Shown here piece after piece: positions 14,360 through 27,542 of a DNA stretch of 64,000 nt (the first letter of the stretch is position 1; each line of letters opens with the position of its first letter). The stretch lies in the NCBI GenBank assembly GCA_951406725.2, contig OX597816.1:130820001-130884000 (forward strand), read 5' to 3'. This DNA is from Octopus vulgaris. Its lineage: Eukaryota. Below the pieces are notes generated by a model. That model was not told the origin of the DNA. It did no database searches and was given only the letters and a program-made list of their open reading frames with translations. A program made the translations under genes and the position numbers.

Positions 14360-14440
<81 letters not shown>

Positions 14441-14666
14441 TGTAAATGTGGGCGCGTGTATGTATGTATATATATTTCTTTTAGGCATTGCGGGACCAGT
14501 AACCCCGTGTAGAACTCAATATACGTATGTTTCAGAACGAAGTGTTGGGTGAGTATGGAATGGTAATAAGAAACGGAGATAACAAAGGAATAAATGTTTA
14601 TCTTATGGACTTCATTAGCTAATAAAGTTCATATGGTAATCATTCATTCGTTTGTCATCACTCTTT

Positions 14667-14707
<41 letters not shown>

Positions 14708-14818
14708 ATAGAAAAGGAGGAATTTCGGTTATCCCCACATGGTGAGTTGTAATATATATAAGAAATTAAAAAAAAGGAAAATACGCACACTTTACATAGG
14801 TTTAATATAATTTTTGAT

Positions 14819-14853
14819 ATACCGACCGGTTTCGCTTTCGCTATTCATGATAT
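14819..14853 (-). ncRNA. Minimal type-I hammerhead ribozyme candidate (A3-U8 core variant)
   Basis: Minus strand AUAUC AUGAAUA GC-GAAA-GC GAAA CCGG UC GGUAU gives stem I, core, 2-bp stem II with GNRA loop, GAAA, palindromic stem III and a GUC site. Confidence 0.55.
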
Positions 14854-14874
14854 TTGAATATGTATTTTCTTAAG

Positions 14875-14952
14875 AAGAAATTTTTGCCCATGCTGTGTGT
14901 GATGATATTTACGAGTAAATATCATCACACACAACATAGACAAAAATTTCTT
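14875..14952. repeat. Near-perfect hairpin with 38-bp arms and 2-nt loop
   Basis: aagaaatttttgcccatgctgtgtgtgatgatatttac-ga-gtaaatatcatcacacacaacatagacaaaaatttctt. Confidence 0.9.
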
Positions 14953-14964
14953 TCGTATTAAATA

Positions 14965-15883
14965 TTCGTTCATCCCATAAAAAATGCGATGTTTTTATAC
15001 TTCTTCTATTTTTCGAAATTAAGATAAACAAAGTTCTTTTTTAATCTAAAATGTACCCTCCTTCATTTTCTACAATGCTCTTCCATCTATCTGGATAATT
15101 TGCAAGGCTCCTCTTTCAGAATTCACTTATCCGTAACGAAAAATATTCCTCCAGTACTGTTCTGACCTCGTCTACAGAATTCATATTCTTTCCGATTTTG
15201 AAGACTGCGGAAAAAAATGATAATTAGGTGGGGCAATGTCCGGCGAATATGGTGGGTGGGGCATTGTTTCCCATTGAAACTGCTCCAGCCTCCGGAATGT
15301 CATCCTCACTGTAAGCAGCCTTTGCATTATTCTGATGGAAGAACACCTTTCGTCTTGAAACCAACGATGGTCTTTTTTCTTGTAGCGCTGGTGTCGATGA
15401 ATGGTTGAATGACCAAATCCAAGCTTCTCTGCTAGTTCCTCAACAGTTACAATGGGATTTTGTTCCACCAAGGCTTGCAAGACGTCCTCGTCGAGCTCTA
15501 CAGATCTTCCAGGACGAGGCTCGTCTTCTAGTCTGTAGTTTCCAGCTCGGAATTTCTCGAACCATCGTTGACATTGACTTACGCTTATTGTCCGATCCCC
15601 ATACACTGCATTAATATTCCTCGCACTTTCCGTTGCGTTGTTGCCTTTATTGAACTCATAAAACAATATATGACGAATATGCTCCTTTGTGACTTCCATT
15701 ATAGCTTTGAAAAAATAACCGTTAAAATCGAACTGCACTCTTCAAAGCTTGCACTAAGAATAAGTGCAAGGTAAAATTACTACCTGCTTTTATAGCAAGT
15801 TACTGCAAGTAGTTTATCTCGTCCCCCTCCGACTCTCAGTTCATGCAATTCAAAAAAATCTCATTATTTATAGGATGACCCAA
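14965..15883 (-). mobile_element. Internally deleted mariner element with both TIRs
   Basis: ORF 15181-15738 has the mariner N-terminal HTH (HIRHILFYEFNKG...WFEKFRAG...DEPRPGRS) fused to a YSPDIAP motif. About 30-bp imperfect TIRs with TA on both flanks. Confidence 0.9.
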
Positions 15884-15948
15884 TATATTTAATATTTTTT
15901 GTATATCGAGTTGCCTAACTTGTTTATCTTTACATTTACTCTTGTGTG

Positions 15949-16039
<91 letters not shown>

Positions 16040-16352
16040 TACGTATACACACACACACGCGCGCGCGCGCGCACGCACACACACACACACACACACACAT
16101 TCAACAACTACCGTAATTGAATAATATTCTTAAGGCCGCAATTTACTCACACGCAGCATCTTCAGAGCTTTGTCGCTATATCAGTTCATAAACAAATTGA
16201 AAACTGTTAACATTTTTGAAGAGGACTGGTCCCTAGCTAGATTTTGGCATAAAACATTTGAAATTTGGTCCAGCAGAAAAAAAGTTTACATCAAAATTTG
16301 TAGCAACGTTATAGGACAGTAAGTAACGCCTCCAATCAAGTTTGGATCTAAA

Positions 16353-16630
16353 TAACTTTTTTTTTATTTTAAAAGCAAAATATATTTATCTTAGCTTCTT
16401 TGATAGAAGAAAGCATGAAGAATTTCATAGTTTTGATTCCATGGGACAAAAATTTCTCTCAAAAAAGTTGTGAGGTAAAATATAAGGCAAAAATTGGATT
16501 TAAATATAATTAACTTTTTTATTTTAAAAGCAAACTATATTTTATTTAAGCTTAAATGATAGAGCTCAATTCGAGGAATTTCATGGTATCAATCTCATGC
16601 AATGAAGTTTTAAAAGAAAAAAGTTATGAG
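16353..16630. repeat. Two diverged direct repeats, about 158-bp period
   Basis: taactttttt.attttaaaagcaaa.tat...gaatttcat...aaaaagtt.tgag at about 16353 and 16511. Confidence 0.7.
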
Positions 16631-16793
16631 TGTTTGTTTCTCAAATTTGAAGGTGATGATGTAGCTCCATACTTTTTTATGAATATAGTTCTATAAGGGA
16701 CTTTTAATATATGTCACCGGCATCATTGGGGTAAGGAAAAATTATCAATGACACCGCTAATTTGTAATTTCTTTAATTACGTCATCTGTATTA

Positions 16794-17179
16794 GGAGGCG
16801 CAATGGCCCAGTGGTTAGGGCAGCGGACTCGCGGTCGTAGGATCGCGGTTTCGATCCCTAGACCGGGCATTGTGAGTGTTTATTGAGCGAAAACACCTAA
16901 AGCTTCACAAGGCTCCTGCAGGGGAGGGTGTGAACCCTGCTGTACTCTTTCACCACAACTTTCTCTCACTCTTTCTTCCTGTTTCTGTTGTACCTGTATT
17001 TCAAAGGGCCAGCCTTGTCACACTCTGTGTCATGCTGAATCTCCTCGAGAACTACGTTAAGGGTACACGTGTCTGTGGAATGCTCAGCCACTTGCACGTT
17101 AATTCCACGAGCAAGCTGTTCCGTTGATCGTATCAGCTGGGACCCTCATCGTCGTAACCGACGGAGTGCTCCTTACTTA
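16794..17179 (+). mobile_element. Full-length tRNA-derived SINE family A with 11-bp TSD
   Basis: tRNA-like head (tggcccagtgg A-box, gtttcgatccc B-box), flanked by identical catctgtatta at 16783-16793 and 17180-17190. Confidence 0.92.
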
Positions 17180-17608
17180 CATCTGTATTAATTAATGAAA
17201 TTATATCATAAACATTAAAAAAATTAAAATATTATTTGGAAATTTTGGAAATAGCCTAGCTATTTTGGCAATCTTTCGTTTTAACTCGAAGGCGTGTGAA
17301 CGCAGCTCAGCTGTTACCTTACGGAGTTCGGTAAATTCCGTAAAACATTTTTATTTATTTAATTTTGTAAGTGGAATTGTACATTTTGTTTGAAGTAAGC
17401 ATAAAGTGAAAGAGAGAGGAAATGGACATGGACGTGTGTATGTATTGATAATGGGGCAAGACAGAAAGTGTGTTTTGTGTGTGTATATGAGAGAGAGAGG
17501 TGGGGAGAGATAGCGTAAATTTTAGATAGCGATTTATAATGGGTGTACGTATGTGTTTGAGCGCGTGTGTGACTGACCCTAGCCATTTTACTCATGCATG
17601 ACGACACC

Positions 17609-17655
<47 letters not shown>

Positions 17656-18003
17656 CAATCACTCACACACTAAAAAAAGATTTGAAAAACTAAATAAATT
17701 TTTAAAAAATTACGCTATCCCTCCCCCCCCCCTCTCTCTCTCGCACACACAGCAAGACACATCCTTTCTCTCTCTCTTTCTCTCTCTCTCCCTCTCTCTC
17801 TCTGTCAGACACACATAGCAATACACACTTACACAAAACAACACACACCTTCTCTCTCTCTCTCTCTCACACACACATACACACACATACACACACAACA
17901 CACAAGTTAAATTTATTATTTAATTCTCAATAAGGTAAAAACTTAAATTATTAATTGACAAATTATCAATTAGCATAATAGCATAGCCTGGAAAAAACAA
18001 TGG

Positions 18004-18847
18004 ATTACATGGAATAATGCAAGCAAGAGAAATAATATTCTTAACATTATAAATCTGTAAAAGTAGAGGACAAGTTATTACACTTGGAAAAGTTCAGGAC
18101 AAGTTATTGTATACGGTAAGTACAGAACATGAAAATTTTTACTTGAAATATTGCAGCTAAGGATAAAATTTCAAATAAAATATCTAGATTTAGAAAATAT
18201 TAGCTTTTATTAAAACTAAAAATTTTATTACAAGTTATTACTTCTATTTGTTATTACTTGTTACTTCTATTAAAAATTAAAAATAACTCAAACTATTTTT
18301 TGCACTTTTAAAAAAATTCATTTTTAAAAATTATTAATTAATAATTAGAAATTTGAAAATAGGTTATAAAAAATAATAGTAGTACAATAAATGGAATAAT
18401 ACAAAAATTAGTTATACATTACAGTAAAATCTACCTATATCAACAAATTCACAGTAAAAATTTGCTTGAGTTATTGCCTAAGTGATTGCCAAGTCTTTTA
18501 CATAATGAATTTGACAGCCATATGTACTATTCTACTTTACATAAAACTTTAGCTATATTGGTACTTATGGCTCTCATTTTTTAAGTATTCTAGTGTGTCA
18601 ATATTTTAACAAAATAACGGTACCTTTTTTAATTATAATGTTACTTTGTAAATTAAAACCAAATAATTTCTAATATTCAAATTTTATTCTTAGCCGCAAT
18701 ATTTTAAGTAAAAAGTTTCTTGTTCTGTACTTTACTACATGTAATGACTTGTCCTGAAATTTTTCAAGTATTATAAGTAATACTGTACTTTTCCAGGTTA
18801 ATAATGTTAAGAAAATTATTTCTCTTGCTCGCATTTTTCTATGTAAT
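18004..18847. mobile_element. AT-rich element with long (about 175 bp) imperfect terminal inverted repeats (foldback/MITE-like)
   Basis: 18004-18180 (attacatggaataatgcaagcaagagaaataat...) is the reverse complement of about 18668-18847 with scattered mismatches. Confidence 0.7.
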
Positions 18848-18941
18848 ATACATATACGTATAAATAGATAGAGGGATAGATAGATAAATAGAGAGATAGA
18901 CAGATAGATAGAGAGATAGACAGATAGATAGAGAGATAGAC

Positions 18942-18988
<47 letters not shown>

Positions 18989-19013
18989 CAGAGAGATAGA
19001 TAGAGAGATAGAC

Positions 19014-19124
<111 letters not shown>

Positions 19125-19206
19125 TAGATAGATTGATAGATAGATAGATGGATAGATAGATAGACTGACCGAAAATAGATATACATATATATATACATCT
19201 GTGTGC

Positions 19207-19270
<64 letters not shown>

Positions 19271-19271
19271 A

Positions 19272-19698
19272 TAGGCGTGGCTGTGAGGTAAGAGGCTAGC
19301 TTCCCAACCACATGGTTCTGGGTTCAGTCCCACTGCGTGGCACCTTGGGCAAGTGACTTCTACTGTAATCTCGGGCCGGCCAAAGCCTTGTGAGTAGATT
19401 TGGTACACGGAAACTTAAAGAAGACCGTTGTATTTATATATATGTATATATATGTGTGTCTATGTGTGTGTGCGCGCGTGAGTGTCTTTGTGTTTGTGTT
19501 TGTCCCCACACATCGCTTGACAACCAATATTGGTGTGTTTACGTCTCCGTAACCTAGCAGTTCGGCAAAAAGACCGATAGAATAAGTACTATGCTTACAA
19601 AGAATAAGTCCTGGGGTTGTTTTGTTCGACTAAAATCCTTTAAGGTGATGCTCCAGCATGGCCGCAGTGAAATGGTGAAACAAGTAAAAGAAAAAGAA
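19272..19698 (+). mobile_element. SINE family C, near full length
   Basis: gtggctgtgaggtaag A-box region, gggttcagtccc B-box, accttgggcaagt CORE-like motif, internal TA/TG tract, tail gctccagcatggccgcagt...aagtaaaagaaaaag. Confidence 0.88.
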
Positions 19699-19724
19699 AA
19701 ACTGTCTGTATGTATACGTGTATA

Positions 19725-19776
<52 letters not shown>

Positions 19777-21284
19777 TGTGTGTGTGTATAGATACATACA
19801 TATACACGCCACACACGCACGATTTGAAGATTTTAAAGACACTTATGTATGTATGTATGTATGTATGTATGTACGTGAGTGTGTATATATTTGTGTGTGT
19901 GAGTATCTGTGCGTATGCGCGTGCGTTACTGTATGTGCATGTGTATATATGTACACACATATATATATATGCACACGCACACACACATACACACACATTA
20001 GCATTAACATCGCCTCCTGGACGGTTTTCTACTTGCATAATATGTCTTGTTTGCTTGTACGCAGGTATTGCGATGTAAGACTAAATAAATCCTGCAGTTT
20101 TGATTTCTCTGGAATCGAGAGAAGCCGATGCCATCGCATTACTTATATGAACGATATTTTCCAGGAAACTTTTTTCTGTATGCACAACATCGAAATACCT
20201 ATGAATATCAGTGGAGAGGTTGCAGTAATGCTCGTACACCTTCCCCTCAAAGCAACACAGACATTCGACTCAGTAGCTGTCTCTATGGTTTGTAGCGTCT
20301 GTAAATATTTTTCAAAGAGACTCCCTGCACTGCGTAGTGAGAATTAAAGACAGGACAGCCTGTTCTTGGAAGTCATTGAAATTGGTATTCATTGTTAATC
20401 ATTTTACAGACTTGTTCCTGGTTTGAAAACGTTTTTTCGTCCATTCCCCTATATTGCTGTTAGTGTTCGTATCTGACTATTATTTGATTGAGATATTGGT
20501 CGGGCTATTCTGTCTATTTGATGATGGTTACCTATTGGCACCTGAATGCTAATTAAGTGCATTGCTCTGAAGTAGATTAATATCTTCTTGAGATGCCCTC
20601 GCCAGTCTGTCATGCATCTCTTACTTTTAGTGAAAACAATTGCACAGAGGCGGTAGAAAGAGACAGAGAGAGGATGAGAAAGGGTGGGAGTAGCGTGGGC
20701 ATAAAAGAAGAGGACGAAAGGGGAAAGGGAAGGGTAGAGAGTGGCGAAAGACAGCGTTTGCAAGGAAAGAAAATATATGTAACAGTGTGAGGGTGAAAGG
20801 CGGAAAATATTCAGTGAAATAACAGAAGGAGAACGAATTTAGTGTGTGAGAAAAGAATGGATGAAAGAATGGATGAAAGAAGGATGTTGAAAAAAGGATG
20901 AGATAAGTATGAGAGAGGAAAAGTTATAAGGGTAAAGAGAGAGAGTAATAGGAATGAAGCGGCAAACAAAGAAATGGAGAGGAGATAGAGGAAGAGAGAG
21001 AGAAAGAGAGAGAGAAAAAAAGAGAGTATTTTCAGGTAACAGAACAGAAGGAAAGATATATAAATGTAAGACTTTAAAAAACGCCTACTATTTCTCAGTA
21101 GACTAAATTAGTTTTCTGATCGAATGGAACAGTAGAAGACTTCTATAATAAAAGATCATCTAAACCACAATTTGATAAAATCATATCAAAATTAGAAAAT
21201 TTTTAATTTTTTCTAGATCGTTAAGAGTTCAATAATTGCGTTATTTACCATGAGAGAACCTCTCGTATGGGTTTGTAGTGTATA

Positions 21285-21982
21285 TAAGCACTCGTATTGG
21301 AATTGCTGACGGCCAATAATCGTCCGCTGTGGCCGTCAAAACTGCTAGATCACGTGATTTCGTCCTTCCTTGACTTTATCAATAGCACACGTTAGGTAAG
21401 ACACAGAAGCCGAATTCCTCATCAGCCATATATAGAATTTTACTGTTAATTCAGGAACTGGTATTGCATAGAGCGAGTGGGCTTATTAAAAAAATAACGA
21501 ATAGCGATAGGAGCAGTATTAATACCAAAAGATAATATTTATCTCCTTTTGAAAGTGAACGATGCGATAGAATACAGAATACTGCGTTATTTACCATGGG
21601 AGAACCTTTCGTATGGACTTGTCCATATCGAACTGGTGGGATAAAGCGGCGAGCTGACAGAATCGTTAGCACGCCGGGCGAAATGCGTAGCCGTATTTCG
21701 TCTGCCGTTACGTTCTGAGTTCAAATTCCGCCGAGGTCGACTTTGGCTTTCATCCTTTCGGGGTCGATAAATTAAGTACCAGTTACGCACTGGGGTCGAT
21801 GTAATCGACTTAATCCGTTTGTCTGTCCTTGTTTGTTCCTTCTGTGTTTAGCCCCTTATGGGTAGTAAAGAAATATATATTGCTGATGGGTGATAATCAT
21901 CCACAAAAATCACGTGATTTGGCAATTCCGGCGGCCACGGCCGACGATTATTGCCCGTAAGCAACATAAACACGCGTGCTTA
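21285..21982. mobile_element. Inverted-repeat element (about 76-bp arms) interrupted by a SINE
   Basis: 21285-21360 (taagcactcgt...gatcacgtgattt) is the diverged reverse complement of 21906-21982. Confidence 0.6.
21644..21875 (+). mobile_element. SINE family B (tail type 2)
   Basis: Matches the 11160 unit, including the ttaatccgtttgtctgtcc...agcccctt tail. Confidence 0.9.
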
Positions 21983-22429
21983 GATTTTGGATTCGGACTT
22001 AAGAAAACGCAGGTAAGCCTTAACGAATTTAAAACTAAAAACTAAAATTACAATACGTAGTTTTTCCAACCTCACTAGTACCTCCGTACATTCTACTCCG
22101 TCCTACCTTGTTGGAACTTGTACCATTACAAATGACTTCGTTTATCATTGATCTTAAACATGTTTGACAACATTCGATGAATCATCTTCACTGCCTCAAC
22201 TTGTTTGTGTGTGCACCAATTCAATTGGTTCGGATTTTACTACTAATTTTAATCAAGCAGAACCGTCTTCCCTTTTATTTTCTCATTTTCATTTTAGTGT
22301 TCGAGGAAATAAGACAACCACTTTCTGCTGATTCGGAACATCACTGTCTCCTTCAGCTACTACTGCTTTAATATTTGGTGTAGATTCCTATCATTGCTGC
22401 TGCTGAATTTATCTGCTAGCACGAATGCT

Positions 22430-23100
22430 ATCATTCATGAACCTTATTCAAGATGACTGGAAAGAGACCATCAAATGTAAGTGATGGAAGTAGTACAAAA
22501 GGGTGTCGTATAGGAAATATGTTGTTCATTAAACTTGTTTTTTTCTAAGGTTTGATGTGGAAGAAAAACTCAGCCATTTTGCTAAATGCATTAAAGGTGC
22601 AACGTCTACAGCATGAACAATACTTGGCAATAAAAATAAAAGTGTGTCATGTGTTCCAGCAGCTAATCCGTTAAATTCCAGGGCATTTTTGTTACTTAAT
22701 AGATCTGATATGATATCTAATTTATAGATCTGATGTGATGTCTAATTCATAGATGTGATGTATTGTTTAAAATGGGTTATCTCTCGAGCGTGTGAGTCGA
22801 TGATCAGACAGGAGGCCGTGTGACGATAAACACGATGAACATTCAAGTGAAAGCTCAAAGTCTGTCTTACGATTTGCTGTGGAACGGTAAATTTCTAATA
22901 TAAAACCTTTTCTGGCTAATAAAGACTAGTTTGAAAGATTTAAGAGGTCCTTATTTTACACAACATTCAAATGATCTGTGGAACTGTCACTGCTGGTATA
23001 CATGTTGCTGTTATGGTGTCGAAACCTGAAAGCGGTTATAACACCAGGACAGTTCTACAACATTGCGGAAACTGGGATTTTCTGAAAGTATATGCTTTTT
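22430..23100 (+). mobile_element. Possible highly decayed pogo/Tigger transposase N-terminal remnant
   Basis: Fragmentary translations MTGKRPSNVSDG and FLAN..FERFKR..LHNI resemble the Tigger F.AS.GWF..FK.R..LHN segment. Frameshifted. Confidence 0.35.
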
Positions 23101-23449
23101 AGAAATTTCGTTTCTAGTGAGAAAATATCCGCGCCAGCTTTAAAGCTTCCAAAATTCGTTAGACATTTCTTGTTACAGCAAAGTATATTTCGATAGGATT
23201 TGAATTCAAAACGCAAAATACTACGATTCTCTTGCGATTCTTCCAGTCCACAAGACTTGAATTCTGATCGTAAAGTGATGAAAATAAATCAGATTATAGC
23301 GCCAAAAATACATACTTCTCAAACTTTACCATCTGCTTTCTTTTCTCATTTCCGAGTAATATCGGAATTTTAATATTCCCACTAATCTCCTGTCTGTTGA
23401 GATGGTTGTTGATGGCCTTGATAAAATTCTGTGCAAAATTTGTCACCAA

Positions 23450-23592
23450 AAATTCAAAGCAAAGCTGGAGGTAGCCTATAGTGCCGAAGTGCTTTGCTCA
23501 AGAACACAACACTCCACCCGGCTAGGAATTCAAAATCACGTTGGATCGTGCTGGATCGTGAGTGCAGCATCCTAACCACTAAGCCATGTGCC
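23450..23592 (-). mobile_element. Old family A-related SINE head
   Basis: Plus strand gtgctttgctcaagaacacaac...cctaaccactaagccatgtgccc. Similar blocks occur at 25370-25490 and 42990-43125. Confidence 0.55.
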
Positions 23593-23861
23593 CACACACC
23601 CACACACACACACACACAAAGACACACGCACGCAAAGACACATATATGTGTGTGTGTATATCTACACACACACAGATTCACAAGCATATGATTAATGACT
23701 GTTGTAAGTGGTTTTGATGAAAATACATTTGTTTAAATACATCAGAATATATTGCTATTGTAAGTCGAATGATAAGCAAACTATAATTAAGCTATAACAC
23801 TATTAAACTGTCGGATATATCGACACTAAATATGAACAATGTAATTTCCCAATAGTTATTA

Positions 23862-24030
23862 TTGTTATCTAGCGCCAGATAAGCCTAACCAAGCAAATCT
23901 ATGATCAAAGGCTTTCTAGTTATAATTACCCCATCATTTCAAACATTATTCAATGAATCTCCCTTCTTTTGTAAGGCAGATTTGGCTACTATCTCTAGGA
24001 TATTGAGCGACCACACTGTGGTTCCCTCGT
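23862..24030. mobile_element. Dispersed repeat family D copy
   Basis: gatttggctactatctctagg..gagcgaccac block recurs at about 24760-24830 (reverse), 29240-29310, 33965-34010 (reverse), 34530-34720 and 54745-54800. Confidence 0.55.
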
Positions 24031-25029
24031 TGTTGTGATTTTGTTTCATCAGACAGCATAAAAAATTCATAGATTAGATGAAACTTAATCATCGGCAGAC
24101 GACACTGATACATGGGTAAACTGGTAAACGTTTGTTCTAAACTGAAATTATTCCACTAAGTAAACGCCTGTTTCTAATTAACTTCCGATAAACTCAATTC
24201 GTAACCTCTTTTTTTCATTAAATTCTTTGTAGATATGATTATAGCTTTTTCCATTGAGATTTAACATAAAAAAGAAAGAAAAATGAAAGTACTCAGATGG
24301 CATAATGTAAGGTTATAGTAGAGGAAATATGGCGATATTCAAAGGGATAAAGTACGATGTATCTTAGAGATAAAGGCTGTATGTGTAATTAGATACTTCT
24401 CCATGCAGTAAACTGTTGACCTCGCATCTTAAAAATGCAAATGAAAATAGTAATGAAGTCTGCAATGGAAAGTAAATTTCAGTCAAAATTAAAGAGCAGC
24501 AGCAGCACCACCACCACCATTACCATTGTCACCAAAAATACAAAGAACAACACGAATAAGGAATCCCCAAGTTATCACTTCATCGCTTAGGAACAGAAGC
24601 TAAATCTGTTCCTTTCACTATTACACCCTATCATACTGAAACACAATGGTCACATTAGTTAAGGTGTCATGATTGGAATGCTTTTTGATTACAGGGCTGT
24701 TCGGTCACAGCTGACCTGGGGCTAAACAACTATAACAGAAACAATATGATCCATCGAGAGGAATCTCTTTAAGTCTCTCTGACTGCTAGAAATGACAGCT
24801 AAATATCCCTAAAAATGCTCTTATCGTCTTAGAAAGGTAAGGACACATTGAGTAGTCTTACATACACATGGCTTATAAAAATTGGAATGGTCGTGGCCGG
24901 AAATACTTTGGTCATACTTCTGCTCAGTCAGATTCTGCCCTGTATTTAAACATTACCATCACCACTATCATCATAACAAAAACAGCAACAATAAACAATG
25001 GTGCTTGCGGCGGCGATAGTGAAGGTGGC

Positions 25030-25215
25030 ATAATTATACAAATTTCAGAAGCCGTTCGTCTGTTTACGTTCTGAGTTCAAATTCCGCCGAGGTCGACTTT
25101 GCCTTTCATACTTTCGGGGTCGATAAATTAAGTACCAGTTGCCTACTGGGGTCGATCTAATCAACTGGTCCCCTCCTCCAAAATTTCGGGATTTGTGTCT
25201 AGAGTAGAAAAGAAT
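25030..25215 (+). mobile_element. SINE family B, 5'-truncated
   Basis: ttacgttctgagttcaaattccgccgaggtcgactttgcc...taagtaccag. Confidence 0.8.
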
Positions 25216-26097
25216 ATTGGAGAAGCCTAGTTTATTCAGTGACTTGAGATTTTTACATAACGCCAGATTTTGCATAACGTCAGAAACAAGTTCTACTTGT
25301 TTAGCCCCAAGTAACTCTGATCCGGGAGTCCAAAAACATTCCAGCTATGGACATTCCGTATTTTCCTATGGAGCAAAGTAAAATGAAGCGTTTTGCTCAA
25401 GAACATAAACTCGCACCCAGTCTAGGAATAGAAACCACGATCTCCTGATCGTGAGCGCAACACGCCTAACCACTATGACACGCACCTTCACACAATCAAG
25501 AACAGCAGACCAAAACACCGTTGCAATACATCGAGGAAATCAAATGAAAGCGATGAAATGTGAGAAGCATGACGTTCTTTAGCAACCAAGGAAGAAAAAG
25601 AAACCGCATAGTTAACGAGGTATAAAACCCACGAATTAAAAATTAACTGTCATAGAAAATTAACTAATACAGACTGAATTTGTTGTAATCTGTATTTTGA
25701 AAGGGAAATGTTAGCGATACAGAGAAAGAGCTTGAACTGACATATGATTTTACAATTTTACGCATATTTTCTTTAGTGCAAGATTGATTCCTGGATCTGG
25801 GTTAATGCTTTCATTAATTTTCTTTGCAAAAGTTAATGAACATATGCATATACTTATAAATGAATATTACTCGTTTCACATACGTACTCATGGCGTTTGT
25901 AAAAAATTTTTTAATTATTTACACATATCCAACATGATAAAAAAAATATAATGCATGTAAGCTTAACAAAAATATACGCATACCCATGAAATATAGACAT
26001 ATTGACACACGTGAAAACAATACATACAACACCTGTACAATATATCCAACACACAAGTCACGTAGGACATATCTCCGAGACGCAGGCAAAGACATAC

Positions 26098-26449
26098 TCT
26101 TTACTCTCTCTTTTACTTGTTTCAGTCATTTGACTGTGGCCAGGACTTATTCTTTGTAAGCCTAGTACTTATTCTATCGTCTCTTTTGCCGAACCGCTAA
26201 ATTACGGGGACCAGCATCGGTTGGGGCGGAGACAAACATAGACACACAAACATATACACACACATACAAATATATGTATATATATATGTATACATATATA
26301 CGACGGGCTTCTTTCAGTTTCACTCGCAAGGCTTTGGTGGACCCCAGGCTATAGTAGAAAACACTTGCCCAAGGTGTCACGTAGTGGGACTGAACCCGGT
26401 ACCATGACGTTCATAAGCAAGCTACTTACCACACAGCCACTCCTACGCT
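26098..26449 (-). mobile_element. SINE family C copy with internal deletions
   Basis: cagtcatttgactgtggcc, gccgaaccgctaa, acttgcccaaggtg and cacagccac blocks. Confidence 0.85.
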
Positions 26450-26788
26450 TGTAAGAATATATTATAAATAAGAATATATATTTATTTTTGGATATTTTTA
26501 TAGCCACGATTACTCATGTATATATCCTCTCTCCTCGCTACCGATATTGTCCACTTGACACCAGTGAGGTCGCAGACGTTGCGATAAGAACGCTGAGAGT
26601 CAAAACACGTACAATAGGGTATCTTGTACAACGCTTTAATTCCGTTAATCCACTCGCTCTGAGCTGGTACTTTATTTGTCGACACTCACCTCGAACTGAT
26701 GCGCAAAAGACTTGACTGCTAACGACCCTGCTGCTTCTAAGACTTACATACATTAGAGATATGAAAATCGCAACATCTTTCGTTAGTC

Positions 26789-27002
26789 AGGCGGTGAGCT
26801 GGCAGAATCTTTTGCCCGTCGGGTAAAATGCTTAATGTCATTTCGTTTGTCTTTACGTCCTGAGTTCAAATTCCGCCGAGGTTGAATTTGTCTTCCATCC
26901 TTTTTGGGTTGATAAAATAAGTACCAGTTGAGCATTGGGTGTTTACGTAATCGACTTATCCCCTTCCTTGAAATTGCTGGCCTTGTGCCAAAATTTGAAA
27001 CA
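26789..27002 (+). mobile_element. SINE family B (tail type 1)
   Basis: ggcggtgagctggcagaatc...gagttcaaattccgccgagg...gctggccttgtgccaaaatttgaaac. Confidence 0.85.
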
Positions 27003-27542
27003 TATATCTTTCATAAGTAAGTCAGAAGAGAAAGGTCAGCGATGCCCGTCACATTTGTAATTGCCCACCTCCATACAAATGGGATATCATTCTGCAGGAA
27101 AAAATATGAATGGAAAGAAGGATTAGCAGAAGTGTCAACATATAACGAAGGTAGTCAACACAGGTCTGTCGGGGTAAGGAGAGGGTAGAAATTAATTCAT
27201 AGGAGCACTAGATTGCAGTAGGGTAATTAGAAACATAAAATATGTATGTTCGACAAAATATGGTGTAAGTTGACCTTATACGTCTTTCTAATTATCCTGT
27301 CATCGCGTAGTGTACCAATTAATTCGATAATTAATTCATGTTGCCAGCGCTTGAACTCTTCTAATCTAACTTGGTCAGAATATGTGCATTCTATAAACAG
27401 TTATAAACTAAAATAATCTCTCTTGTCCTTAAAGTGGATAAGCGATGGATTAAAAATACAAACTGAATATAATCAGACACTAGATACATTCTGTGCCACA
27501 GCGATGCCAATCCATTAGGAGGTGGCGGCCTATGGAAAGGCA

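Noticed and set aside
20040-20600. Non-repetitive segment with moderately long ORFs
   Set aside because: I found no recognisable protein motif or convincing exon boundaries. It is probably an unidentified decayed element.
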